Shown here piece by piece: positions 39,281-51,494 of a stretch of 64,000 nucleotides of DNA (its first letter is position 1; the number at the start of each line of letters is the position of its first letter). The notes under the pieces are model-generated. The model saw only the letters and a list, made by a program, of their open reading frames with translations, searched no databases and was not told where the DNA came from. This DNA comes from Octopus vulgaris. Lineage: Eukaryota. The translations under genes and the position numbers were made by a program. The DNA lies in contig OX597822.1 of NCBI GenBank assembly GCA_951406725.2, positions 39,122,001 through 39,186,000 on the forward strand. The letters are read 5' to 3'.

Positions 39281-39333
39281 CAACCTTGCCCGGACTTGCC
39301 CGCAGGTGTGTCATATTTTCCGTCTGTTGTCTT

Positions 39334-39426
<93 letters not shown>

Positions 39427-39429
39427 ATG

Positions 39430-39477
<48 letters not shown>

Positions 39478-39478
<1 letters not shown>

Positions 39479-39770
39479 CACGTGATCACGTGACCGACCA
39501 GACCATCAGATGTTGTTACACATAGCTGGTCACAATGCGTTCGCATTGTTTTAGCCTTCGAATGACGCCACCCCGCTGGCTAAGCGAGCAGGCCAACAGA
39601 AGAAAGAGTGGGAGAAAGAGTGGTGAAAGAGTACAGCAGGGATCACCACCCCCTGCCGGAGCCTCGTGGAGCTTTTAGGTGTTTTCGCTCAATAAATCTT
39701 GCTGGGAATCGAAACCGCGATCCTGCGACCGCGAGTCCGCTGCCCTAACCACTAGGCCATTGCGCCTCCA
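39478..39770 (-). mobile_element. SINE with family C head and a different tail
   Basis: Head matches 23646. Tail GCTTAGCCAGCGGGGTGGCGTCATT...CACGTGA also occurs at 3985-4102. Confidence 0.8.
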
Positions 39771-39901
39771 CACACACACGCACGCACGCACGCACGCACG
39801 CACATACATACATACATACATACATACATACATACATACATACACACATACATACACACACACACACACACATACATACATACATACATACATACATACA
39901 C

Positions 39902-39971
<70 letters not shown>

Positions 39972-40895
39972 GTGTGTGAGAGTGTATATATATATAAATA
40001 GCGTTTCTGGATTTGGTTTGCAAGATCCTTTATGTGTGTGTGAGTGTATATATATAAATAGCGTTTCTGGATTTGGTTTGCAAGATCCTTTATGTGAGTT
40101 CGTGTGTTGAAGCATGTTCTGTTGTGTATGTGGAGAGTCATTCTTTTTTAGAGCCTTATAATTTAACACACACACCGGTAAAATTTTCGTTGTGGCTTGC
40201 AACCTTTTCAATAGTTTTGACTCTGTCCGTTATTCACACCTTTTTGTTTGTTTGTGTGTGTGTATGTGTGCCTACACATGCACGCATGCTTGTATGTATG
40301 TGTGTGCGTATGTATGCATGCATGTGTGTGTATGCATGAATTTGTGTGTGCATATGTATATATGTATGCATGTGTGTATATTTGTATGTATGTATTCTGC
40401 ATATTCATGTGTTTGCGTGTCCGTGTTTGTTTGTTTTTATGTATGTGTGTGTGCATGTGTGTGTGTGTGTTTGTATATGTGTATGTACCTCTGTCTCCTT
40501 GTTTGTGCATGTCTGAGTGTGTATGTGTGTGTGTGTTTTGCAACTATGTACATGTTTGTATGTATGGATGTGCACCTCCATATGTGTGGACTTGTGTCTC
40601 CATATGTGTCCTTGTGTGAAGTAAAGTGTGTGTGCGTGTGTGTGTACATACGGCCATGTATTTTAGTCTTCATTTGTGTATGTGTGCGTATGAGTGCTTG
40701 TCTGTTCATATAACTTATGTATCTATTCATCTGCATGTTGATCTGTTCACTTTCATATTCATATACTTATATATATGTGCATATACATATATATACATGC
40801 ACTCCCCCCACACATACATAAAGCTATCTACATAACAGCCCACTAACTATTCTACACTACCTGTGTAAACTGTAGGTATGGGGTTATGATATCTA

Positions 40896-41038
40896 CTATG
40901 TATATTTCCTACTTAGTATTGGGGAAGTTTCATTCATGATGACATACTCTTGTATTTGTCTGAGGGTTGGGTCCTTTGGGTGCTTGGATAAGAGACGGAT
41001 GTCATGTTGACCCAGATTGACTCCATGCTGGTCCTTGG
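40896..41038 (-). pseudogene. Probable Penelope-like element ORF C-terminus (GIY-YIG end)
   Basis: KDQHGVNLGQHDIRLLSKHPKDPTLRQIQEYVIMNETSPILSRK* resembles the PLE pattern H...IL.......RQI.E...I....P.LN.K. Confidence 0.5.
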
Positions 41039-41262
41039 TATGTAATACATATAGTGACAATCGTCGCCGTGACTCAATTATAAAGAAACAATGATGTTCA
41101 ATATATTAACTGTTTTTATGGTGGATATATTTCTTAAATAAAGAACAATACATTGATTGTAATTTTGCCTCTCATCCGCGGTTTATGTGTGACAGTGTAT
41201 ATGTGAGCAAGTGTGTATGTGTGACTGGGTGCTTGCTTCTGCGTACGCTTGCACACACACAT

Positions 41263-41324
<62 letters not shown>

Positions 41325-41499
41325 TTATATATATATACACCCACATGTACATATTGTAGCTCATCGCCAGTACATTTCAAGAGAAAAATCTATTTATGAT
41401 TTTTTTTCTGTTTAATTACCTCCCTGTGTGTGTGTGTATGTGTGTGTATATATATATATATATATACATATATACGCATATATATATATACACATACAT

Positions 41500-41530
<31 letters not shown>

Positions 41531-41631
41531 CACGTATACATATATATAAGTATATGTATGCTCGTGTGTGTGTTTGTACAGAGGTGTGTACAGAGAGTTT
41601 GCGTGAGTATGTATATAACACCATTTATACA

Positions 41632-41662
<31 letters not shown>

Positions 41663-42397
41663 GTATACACACACGCACAAATTGATATAGATACACGTAT
41701 ATAAATTCATTCGTTCATATACATATAACTATACACTCACACACAGCTCTTTGTCTCTCCGCGTATCTATTTACCTGTCTATCTATATGTGTGTGTGTGT
41801 TTGTGTATGTGAAGATTCCATAGGTATTTTACATGCCAATGTTTCAAGGCAGCCATCTGGAAATTCATTATAAGCAGGTTAGAGCAGATTCCACAACTTC
41901 ACTAATCCACCATTTTAATGACATAAAACGTATGAAAGAAACAACAACAACATTAACAACAGCAGCAGCAACAACACCAACAGTAGCAGCAGCAGTAGCA
42001 GCACAACCGCATCGATCTTGACGTTATAGCGTAGAGAGCAACCCAATAAAACAGAACAGGTTGCATTGTAGTTTCTACTCCAGCTTGGCCTGCTACATTC
42101 ATTTAGTTTTTAAGGCGACACTTGAATGCTGAAAGAAATGGCGACCCAAGAAGCATACTCCAGTGAACAAGAAAAATATACGAAATTAAAAGAAACAAAA
42201 CAAAAATAAAAACGAAGAAGAAAAGCAAATAGTAAAAACGGAAGGCAAAACTATAAAAAGAAAAATAAAGGCAAAAAGGAAAGCGAATACCGCCATGATT
42301 TATTTAAAGTACTCAATACCTAATATAGAGTATATGTAATAATTTGTTGAAAGTAGTCAATACCTAAAATAGAGTGCGTGTGTGTGATAATTTGTTG

Positions 42398-42550
42398 GAG
42401 TGGCTGTGTGGTAAGAAGCTTGCTTTCCAACCATATGGTTTCATATACAGTCCCACTACGTGGAACCTTGGGCAAGTATCTTCTATTATAGCCTCGGGCC
42501 AATCAAAGCCTTGTGAGTGGATTTGGTGGACGGAAACCGAAAGAAACCTG
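42398..42550 (+). mobile_element. SINE family A head
   Basis: Matches the family A 5' half. Confidence 0.8.
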
Positions 42551-42669
42551 TTGTATGTGTGGTATATATATGTATGTATGTGTATATATATATACGTAAA
42601 ATGCGGAAAAAAAAACGTACCAGAACCACAATCTCCTGATTATGTGAAACCGTGCAAAGTACCGTGTGA

Positions 42670-42731
<62 letters not shown>

Positions 42732-43210
42732 ATGTATGTATGTATGTATGTATGTATGTGTGTGTGTGTGTGTGAGTGTGTGTGTATGAGTGTGTGTGTG
42801 TGTGTGATCCAACAGTTGTTCAGTTATACGTCCAATTCATGTCTATTCATGATTAAGACAATCCTCCCTTATGTACATCCAATATTCGCTGTTTGTGATG
42901 TAACAGATACACGTATGTACACGACTTTTGTAGATATTACACTAGATATATTTTATATCCTCAATAAACACCGGTAAATTATGCAAAAATCAAGAAAACT
43001 ATACTTGCATGACATATACTCATTAATTTATAGTGAACTCACACATCGTTGTTATGGTTCAAAAAGTCATTATTGAAGGTGTTTATTGATAAATATACAC
43101 TCTTAGCTTTGTGGTGAAAAATACCCACCAAAAACAAGCAAACAAAAGAACACGAACGAAATGATTAGGTAACAGATTTTGTCTATCTGTGGGCAGAAAA
43201 GCGGAATCAA

Positions 43211-43249
43211 TCTGACTAATTTCTTGTCCTTCTAGGCCTTCATCAGAGA
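43211..43249 (-). ncRNA. Decayed minimal hammerhead
   Basis: tct-CTGATGA-aggcctagaaggacaa-GAAA-tta-GTC-aga; stem II is disrupted. Confidence 0.45.
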
Positions 43250-43796
43250 ACGAATACTCGTTATCTGCCATCTGACTACTCTATAGCTATTTGCAATTTC
43301 TATTCATTATTAATAAAGAATGTCGTTAACGCATGCGCTTTTGTGCTTATAATGACCAAGCCTTTTACCTACCCGATGTTGTATGTATTGTACTAGCGAG
43401 AAGCTATCAATACATGTCTGGACAGGATATAGCCAACCTTTCTCTGATGGTTTAATAAGGCTAGAAGCTAGTTACATAGAGCCCACCTTTTTTGTTCAGT
43501 GAATGATAAAACCGGTGGCGTAATCTGTTTATTTTATTGGCTGAAGCTTAAATTGTAGGCTCATAAAAAAAAGGTACATCAAAGAACGTACACATAAACA
43601 GACAAGGCATTTTTCACTGTTTTGAAGACAATTATTACTTTTCGGTGATATTTAAAGCAAACACTTCGTTCCACTGTGGCCAATATTCCATAGCTTCTTT
43701 AGGTGGTATATTTCAGTTCCATTCTTCTCCCTTAATTCACAAACTATTATAGCCATGGCCCCGATTACTTAATGAATCGTTATGTACTTTCAGTGA

Positions 43797-43915
<119 letters not shown>

Positions 43916-43960
43916 ACTGACTGACTGACTGCTCTCTTTACAACCCGTGGACAAGATTTA

Positions 43961-45358
43961 GTGCTGCATACACCTCAACATATAAAGCAAGAAATAGAAA
44001 ATAAGACAATTGTATATAAAATTATTAGAAAAAACAAAAATCTAAATGAACAGATTACAAAAACTGATGTGGAAAAATGTTTAAAAAACATAATGAAAGA
44101 AAAAGAGTATATAAACTGGGGTCCCCAGTTTAACACAGTAGTGGTCCGCTTCCCTAACCAGGAAGTGGCAAAAGCTCACTCTACTGAGTCTCTGGGAAAT
44201 GATGAAATCATCATGGTCCCATACTACAAAAACCAGAGAGTGAGTCGAATCACAATTAAAAATGTACCCCCCGAGCTTCCTAACAAATGGATAACAGGGG
44301 CAATCTGTTACCATTTAAAAAATATTAATATTTTGGAGACCGCCGTGTACCCTGGCGACATTTGGGGTGGGAAAACAATAGTGGTGACCATCCAGATTGA
44401 GGGGGCCTCTATCGAGAGCCTACCGGATAAGATCCACTTGGAGAATGGGCAATGCCTATATGTTGTGGCAGAAGGCAAAAAGCCTAGATGCTACAAATGT
44501 GGCAGCCCCGAACATTTGATTGCCAAGTGCGATCTGGTACAGAAAAAACAAGAAAGAACAAATCAGAAAACAAATAAAATCCCTTTGTTGCCAACACCAA
44601 CACACTCAATTATGGAACAATGCCAAGAAAAACAACAAACCAGCAAACAAACCCCAACATCACCAAGAAAAGAAACAGTACCAACACAATCACCGTTGAC
44701 GTCACAACCAATTAAACATGTTGAATTTAAAAAAAATGGACCCACACCCACACCCAGGACGACAATTAAAAAGACAGAAAACACTGACGAGAAGACAAAT
44801 GCTACCCCTAACACCACAACAACGCAAACACCGCACAAAACATCAACAATTTATACAAGCATACATAGTAATGCAAATGCTTTGCCTCTACCCCATACTG
44901 ATACGTCGGACGACGAAAGTTCGACGGAATGGCAAATAGCCACAGGGGGTAAAAGAAAAAGATCCAAAAAATCCACCAAACAAGGAAGTAAAGCAGGGAG
45001 ATATCTAACTCAGGACAACATCCCCCTAGACAATCAAAAAAGTAATGAACCCGTAAAACCACACACACAACTAACTGCAATAGACACAGACAATAAAGAA
45101 TTAATGGACTACATCAAATCTAACATGGTCATCTGTGAAGATGACTTTAAGACAAACAATCATCCGCACACCACACCACCGAAACACATCAGAATTTTAC
45201 ACATAACACAAGCACAACACCACATACTGAAAACAATATTTCCGAATGCGGTAGGCGGGTATCAACGATACCTGTCGAAAAAACTATACAAACACCTCAT
45301 CAAAAACAATACAAAAGAAGAAGAAGAAAAAAATGAAACTTTTAAAATGGGTAAGTGA
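43961..45358 (+). CDS. Tx1 ORF1 (gag-like nucleic-acid-binding protein), probably 5'-truncated
   Basis: 465 codons without a stop, CYKCGSPEHLIAKC knuckle, TIKNVPPEL motif. The frame stays open upstream toward the microsatellite and starts at GTG, not ATG. Confidence 0.85.
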   Translation: MLHTPQHIKQEIENKTIVYKIIRKNKNLNEQITKTDVEKCLKNIMKEKEYINWGPQFNTVVVRFPNQEVAKAHSTESLGNDEIIMVPYYKNQRVSRITIKNVPPELPNKWITGAICYHLKNINILETAVYPGDIWGGKTIVVTIQIEGASIESLPDKIHLENGQCLYVVAEGKKPRCYKCGSPEHLIAKCDLVQKKQERTNQKTNKIPLLPTPTHSIMEQCQEKQQTSKQTPTSPRKETVPTQSPLTSQPIKHVEFKKNGPTPTPRTTIKKTENTDEKTNATPNTTTTQTPHKTSTIYTSIHSNANALPLPHTDTSDDESSTEWQIATGGKRKRSKKSTKQGSKAGRYLTQDNIPLDNQKSNEPVKPHTQLTAIDTDNKELMDYIKSNMVICEDDFKTNNHPHTTPPKHIRILHITQAQHHILKTIFPNAVGGYQRYLSKKLYKHLIKNNTKEEEEKNETFKMGK

Positions 45359-45415
45359 CCTCACTTCTTGCCTCTTGTCTCTTCTAATATAGTGTGTAAA
45401 ACACATTTTTCGTAA

Positions 45416-48400
45416 ATGTCAAGTATGCTTAAATTAGGTTGTGTGAATGCGCGTGGCTTGGCGTCGGCTTGGAAGCAATGTTACCTTCTAAACGACATCA
45501 AGTCACTGGACGTGGATATAGTAGCTATCAGTGAAACCAGACTCAGTAAACCGCGGGCCCTCGAGTCCATGTTTGGCAATCAATTTGACATTTATTTTTC
45601 TCCCTGTCTGCCGAACATGGGTGGTGGAGGTACTGCGGTGCTTTTTCGAAAGAGTCTAAAGGTAAAAGTAAGAGCAATATTCCTAGACCCGGAGGGTAGG
45701 CTGGTTGTCTTGGACGTGGATGGCAGAAATGGGTGTGCATTCCGTCTGATGGCAGTTTATGCACCGTTCTTAACGGGTCGGGCGGATTTCTTCAGACGTC
45801 TAGAGGTTTTCCTGGGTACGTCTAGACCTTTACTGTTAGTAGGGGATTGGAACGCTACCTTGGACACGCATCTAGATTATGTGGGAAGGGATAGGAATAG
45901 AAGGGGGTGTAAGAGCCTCAAAGACCTGCTCAGACGTTTCCATTTGTCTGACAGGTTCCGACTCGACCATCCGCGTCGGATCGTCGAGATCTTATCTAGA
46001 TAGAATTCTATGCAGGATAGCGGATAGGGATAGTGTAGGATGTCCACAATTTAAAATAGTCAGCTACACAGATCACAAATTTGTTACGTGTACGCTCGAC
46101 TTAGATAAAACACATAGGCAGGGTCCCGGTTACTGGAAACTGAACACGTCGCTGTTAGCGCGACAGGTTTACAGGAACCGGATTAGCGAGTTAATTAAGA
46201 GGGCGCTGACGGGAGCGGTCGTTAACAACCACTGGTGGTACGCCCTGAAAATGGCAATAAAATCGGAATCAATTAGGTTTAGCAAGGAATTAGCGATAGA
46301 ACGAAATAGAGTAGAGGGAGACTTAGTTAAGAAACTAGAAGAGGCACTTACCACTGGCAGCGCAACCAACGTGCTGGCTGCGAGGATGGCCCTCGACCAA
46401 CACCTCAACGCCAAGCACGAAGGTTGCGTCGTCAGAGCTAAGGAACGAAGGGATTGAAGCTGCGCGAGAGGCCCGGGTAGCGGAGGCGCAGCGTGGCAAC
46501 AGATCCACCATTCGGTCTCTAATAGATCAACAGGGATGCAGTTTACTCGAACCCGAAAGGATGTGCGAGGCCTTTCAACAGCACTTTGCTCGACTGTTTG
46601 GTGCGAGTGGTGGGTCGGAACGCGGGATGGATTTCAGTGCCTACCTGACCGACCTGCCGCGGCTCTCGGCAAGAGAAGCGGAGTGTTGTGAAAGTCCCAT
46701 CACAGCCGCTGACGTGTGGGATGCGATGGCGGGCTGCGCGAGGGATAAGTCGCCTGGATTGGATGGTTTTCCCTACGAGCTGTATTGTCGAATGCCAGAC
46801 TTGTTTGGCGACCTCTTGGCATCAGTCTACTGCAACTGGCAACAAAACAGAAGAATTCTCGGTTTCGTGAGCCGAGGTGCAGTGACGTTGCTGAAGAAAG
46901 ACTCAAACAAGGGGAATTTTATAGATAATTTCCGGCCCATCACTCTGCTCAACGCAGATTTGAAAATTTTGGCCAAAGTAATAGCCGAGAGGTTGGCGCT
47001 TGTCATTGGTAAACTGGTCGACAGGGCGCAAACATGCGCCGTGCCGGGCAGAACCATACATGACAACCTCCATCTGATGCACTACATTGTGGACAGGGTA
47101 GTTAAGGATCCTGGCATGGGTGGGGCGCTGATAAATTTGGATCAGTCTAAAGCCTTCGATAGGGTCGACCATCGGTACTTGGCGGCCGTCCTCAGGGCGG
47201 CTGGCTTCGGTCCCGTCTTCCGCGGTTGGATCGCTGCCTTGTATAGCGGCATCCGATCGGTGATTCGGGCGAACGGTCACCTGTCGAAACCGTTTGACAT
47301 CACGCGTTCGGTCCGTCAGGGGTGTCCCCTGTCGGCGCTTCTGTATGTATTGACTCTCGAGCCGCTACTGCGGAAGCTGGCGACACTGAGGGGCATCCCA
47401 TGGGAACTGGGTTGCGGGACGAGCGTGTCGGCATATGCGGACGATGTCACCGTCATAGTGTCGAGCGACAAACACATCAAGATGATAGGCGAGACACTAA
47501 GAAAATACGAAACGGTGACGGGAGCAAAGATTAACCCGGAAAAGTCAGTGGGTTTGCTACTCGGCACCTGGAGAAGCAAGCCCATGCCGTTCGACTGCGG
47601 CTCAGTAGTGGGACGCTGGACGGACGGACCGGTTAAATTGCTCGGGGTCTGGTTCAGTCCGGACCTCCAAATGGATAAGAACTGGGACGAGATCACGAGT
47701 AGAGTGGTCGCTCTCAGCCAAACATGGGCCGAGAGAAAGCTGTCTCCAAAAGGCTGGGCGGAGGTGGAGAACGCGTACATCGCATCCGTCATCGATTACC
47801 GCCTGACCGTCGTACCTTGTCCAGACGCCACCATCACCAAACTGGAACGCATACTCTTCCGCTTCCTGTGGAAGGGTGGCGTTCCGATGGTGAGGAAGTC
47901 CATTTGCTGTCAACATCCGTTGAATGGAGGACTGGGCATGCCGTGGTTTATGATGCGCAGGCATGCGCTGAGACTGCGACATCTCTGGAAATTCATCGAC
48001 GACGGTGAACAGGCGCGACTTTGTGAGGCGCGACTTTGTGAGGCGCGACTTCCCGCAGCTCGTCTCACAGCTCGTCTCACTGACCGAACTGCAAACGTGG
48101 ATCAAAAAGAGACCGAAACTGGGCGATTGGCACCGAGAGTGTCGCCAAGCTCTACAGCAGCTCTGCCGACCGGGGTCAAACTTGTGCAACTTACAAACGA
48201 CTAAAGCGTTCTATAGAGGACTAGTGGAGGGGAGGTCCGACGACACACTTGGGGCAAACCTGGGCGTCGACGAGGAATTCCTAACCCGCCTGTTCAGGAC
48301 GACGTTCGGGCCGGGGCCTATGGATAACCTCCAGAAATCCCTGGCTTGGCAGTGCTATCGAGACGCACTACCTGTTCGAAAGAAGAGCTACAGACACGGT

Positions 48401-48844
48401 TCGAAAACCATCACCGGACCGACCTGCCCGAGATGCGGTCAGAGCGACGAAACCGTTCTGCACGCACTCGTGCAGTGTCCAGATATTTCAGAGTTGTGGT
48501 CCTTCGTCGAACAGCTGTTGTCACGTGTAGGTCAGGCTCGCCTATCGGCCGAGTCTATCGTGAATATTGTTCCACCACCTTCCTTTAAACGGGAAGGGAA
48601 AACGGTTTTCGTTACGCTGATGGCTATGGCGAAAGAATGTGTGTGGTGGACGCGTTTGAAAGGACTGCAAACAAACACCTTCCTCTCTGGTCAGTCTCTC
48701 GTCAACTTTTTCAAGTACCACTTGAAAAGGAGGATGAGAATAGAGAGGAAGGCTTTGTCGAACGAATGTTTTAATAAAAAGTGGGTAAAAGTGGCAAAAA
48801 TGGTCAGTATGAAAGACGACACTATTTTAAGCATAAATCTGTAA
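45416..48844 (+). pseudogene. Tx1 ORF2 (APE endonuclease-RT), frameshifted near 45975, 46445 and 48010-48050
   Basis: Motifs NARGL, ISET, VGDWNA, TDH, PGYWKLN, FRPITLLN, LDQSKAFDRVDH, VRQGCPLS, AYADD, CPRCGQSDETVLHALVQC. Confidence 0.93.
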
Positions 48845-49126
48845 CCAAAAGAGACAACGAGAAGTAAGGCGACTTACTCATGTGTTCTTTTTCGAATTGT
48901 CTGAGGTGACCTTGGTCTTTTTTGTAGGTTTTTCTTTCCAAGGCTACACCTAAACTGTGAACCTTATATATATATATTGCTTTTTTATACACCACACAAC
49001 CCACAGATCCCTATTGATCAAACGTTTTTTTTTTCCCACCCATCCCACCTCGAAAAGAAAAAAATTCTACATTGTATTTCATCCATTTTTATTCTGTGTT
49101 TAGCCTTGTGTGGCTACAATAAAAAG

Positions 49127-49204
<78 letters not shown>

Positions 49205-49289
49205 CCATCCATCCATCCATCCATCCATCCATCCATATACCTGTCTCTCTGTCTGTCTATTTATAAATCCATCCATCCTTCCATATAAA

Positions 49290-50716
49290 CTTAGATATGT
49301 TTCGACCAATGATTGGTCCAGGCCATGTCTAACTTAATAGCACCACCTGATAGGATTATTTGAATCCTGTTTAAGTCACGTTTTGTTTATGGTCCATTCA
49401 AGTAGTGAGTTTTTGTTGGGTGAGTTGTATGCAATTATGGGTGGCTTATCTGGTATTCCTTGAAGGAATCTATCCAGACTCCGTTTAAAGTTGATGGGAT
49501 CCTGTTCCTCTTTGATCTCTTTCGGGACAATGTTAAATAGGGCAGGGCCTGTTGAGGAAAAGAAATTATGTTGTAGTGTACATGTGTGCTGTGATCTTGA
49601 ATTGGGCAGGGAACGTATGGCCCGTGGTCCCAGTCTTGGATGAACCTTGAAGCTAATGTTCAGGGCAAAGTTGGCGGTATATTCTCCACATCGTACAAAT
49701 GATGTACCGCTCACGGCGACGCTGGAGAGAGTAGAGTTTCAAGGCTTTAAGGTGATCCCAATAATCGAGAGCAGCCATGCCTTCAATTCGTTTAGTGAGT
49801 GCTCTCTGGGGTGATTCAATCCTCGAGATGTTTTGTCTTGTATGGGGAGACCACAGTGGGCAGCAGTATTCGAGGTGTGGCCGTACAAAGGAGGAGAAAA
49901 GTGGTATGATGACACTTTGTTCTCTGGACCGGAAAGTTCTTAAGATCCAGGAACTCATCCTACAAGCTATATCGACCTTCTTGTTGATGTGTGCACTCCA
50001 ACTGAGATCGGCATCAACAATTACGCCCAGGTCTCTGATATTGTTAGAGGCTGTGAGCGGTTCCCCTGAAGGAAGAGAGTATGGCTGTTTTAGTGAGGAA
50101 TTTCTTCCAAAATGCATCAGCTCAAATTTTCCCTCGTTCAGTTGCATTTTGTTTCTGTCTGCCCATTGACTCACAGCATATAGATCAGACTGGAGTTGAG
50201 TTCGGCCTGCTTCTTCATTGACGATTTGCTGGAGCTTAGTGTCATCAGCAAATATTTTCACTTTGCAGTAATGTACGACACTGGAAAGGTCGTTTATGTA
50301 GATTATGAAGAGTAGCGGACCCAAGACAGTCCCCTGGGGGACACCGCTGATGACTTTTGCTGGGCTTGAGTGGACTCTATCAACTACAACATGTTGTGTT
50401 CTATTCGCCAGGAAATACTTGATCCAGTGAAGAACTTTTTCACGGATTCCAACATTTGCCAATTTTGAGAGTAGGATATTATGGTCTACCCTGTCGAACG
50501 CTTTACTGAAGTCAAGGTATATGACATCAGAGTTCGAACCTGTTCCCAAGGCTTTGAGTACATCTTCAATGTGGTGTAAGAGCTGTGTTAGACAGTCCCT
50601 GCCACAGCGAAAGCCATGCTGATTTGCATTTAGGAGTTTGTGGGTCTCCAGGAAGTCAGCTATCCTTGATCTTAACACTCTTTCAAACACTTTGATGATG
50701 TGGGAGGTGAGTGAGA
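49290..50716 (-). mobile_element. 5'-truncated CR1-group LINE (RT)
   Basis: Motifs QHGFR, YLDFSKAFDRVDH, GVPQGTVLGPLLFIIYINDL, IFADDTK, VRPHLEYCCPLWSP, LYSLQRRRER. Confidence 0.92.
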
Positions 50717-50727
50717 TATATATATAT

Positions 50728-51135
50728 TGATTAAAAAATTCTATTTATTTATGCAGTTGGGGATAGCCCTGCATTCAAATTGATGTAATGGTTGCATTGT
50801 TCAATTAAATGGAGCCGCTTGAAACGATCGTACTGGATCACTTCTTGATATCCTGTTGCTTACTATATATGTATATATATATATATATATATATGTATAT
50901 AGCGGCTCCATTTAATTGAACAATGCAACCATTACATCAATTTGAATGCAGGGCTATCCCCAACTGCATAAATAAATAGAATTTTTTAATCAGTTGGACA
51001 CATTAATATAATTTTACTTAAATGCTCTAATAGAGCAAGAAGAGGGAAAAGTCCATGTTGCTACTTATAAAGCTCAAATTAAATGGAGTCACTTGAAACG
51101 GTCATACTGCATCACTCCTTGATATCATGTTGCTT
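50728..51135 (+). mobile_element. Penelope-type element with perfect 92-bp inverted duplication and decayed hammerhead
   Basis: Arms 50728-50819 and 50901-50992 are exact. Motif atgcag-TTGGGGA-tagc...gctt-GAAA-CGATCG-TA-ctggat. A diverged direct copy lies at ~51077-51135. Confidence 0.65.
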
Positions 51136-51264
51136 ATTTTGATTTTATTCACCTTACTTTGAGTAGTACGGACAATACTGCACTGTCTTGGTGCTTTATA
51201 TATTCGGTAGCCACTACATACATTTTTCTCTCCTTTTTACTCCCCTTTTTTTCTCTCCTTGTTC

Positions 51265-51400
51265 CTTTCTGTGGAAGAGCGTAGGTTCGAAACGTTAAAG
51301 ACTTTTTTCAATTCCCGAGCGTTATGCGTTATACTAATATATCTATTTGTTTTCTACACCATCTGTATTCGTCTTTTGTTGTTTTCGTGAATTCTCTCCC
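51265..51400 (+). mobile_element. Short TA-adjacent element with non-canonical hammerhead-like motif (related copies at ~18281-18400 and 63880-64000, minus)
   Basis: cttt-CTGTGGA-a-GAGC-gtag-GTTC-GAAA-CG-TT-aaag. Confidence 0.4.
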
Positions 51401-51491
<91 letters not shown>

Positions 51492-51494
51492 GGT

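Larger units (their letters stand above)
43921..49127 (+). mobile_element. Near full-length Tx1/L1-clade non-LTR retrotransposon
   Basis: ORF1 with CCHC knuckle, ORF2 with APE, RT and C-terminal zinc knuckle. AATAAA then (CTAT)n. 5' flank is (CT)n(CTAT)n(CTGT)n. Confidence 0.95.
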
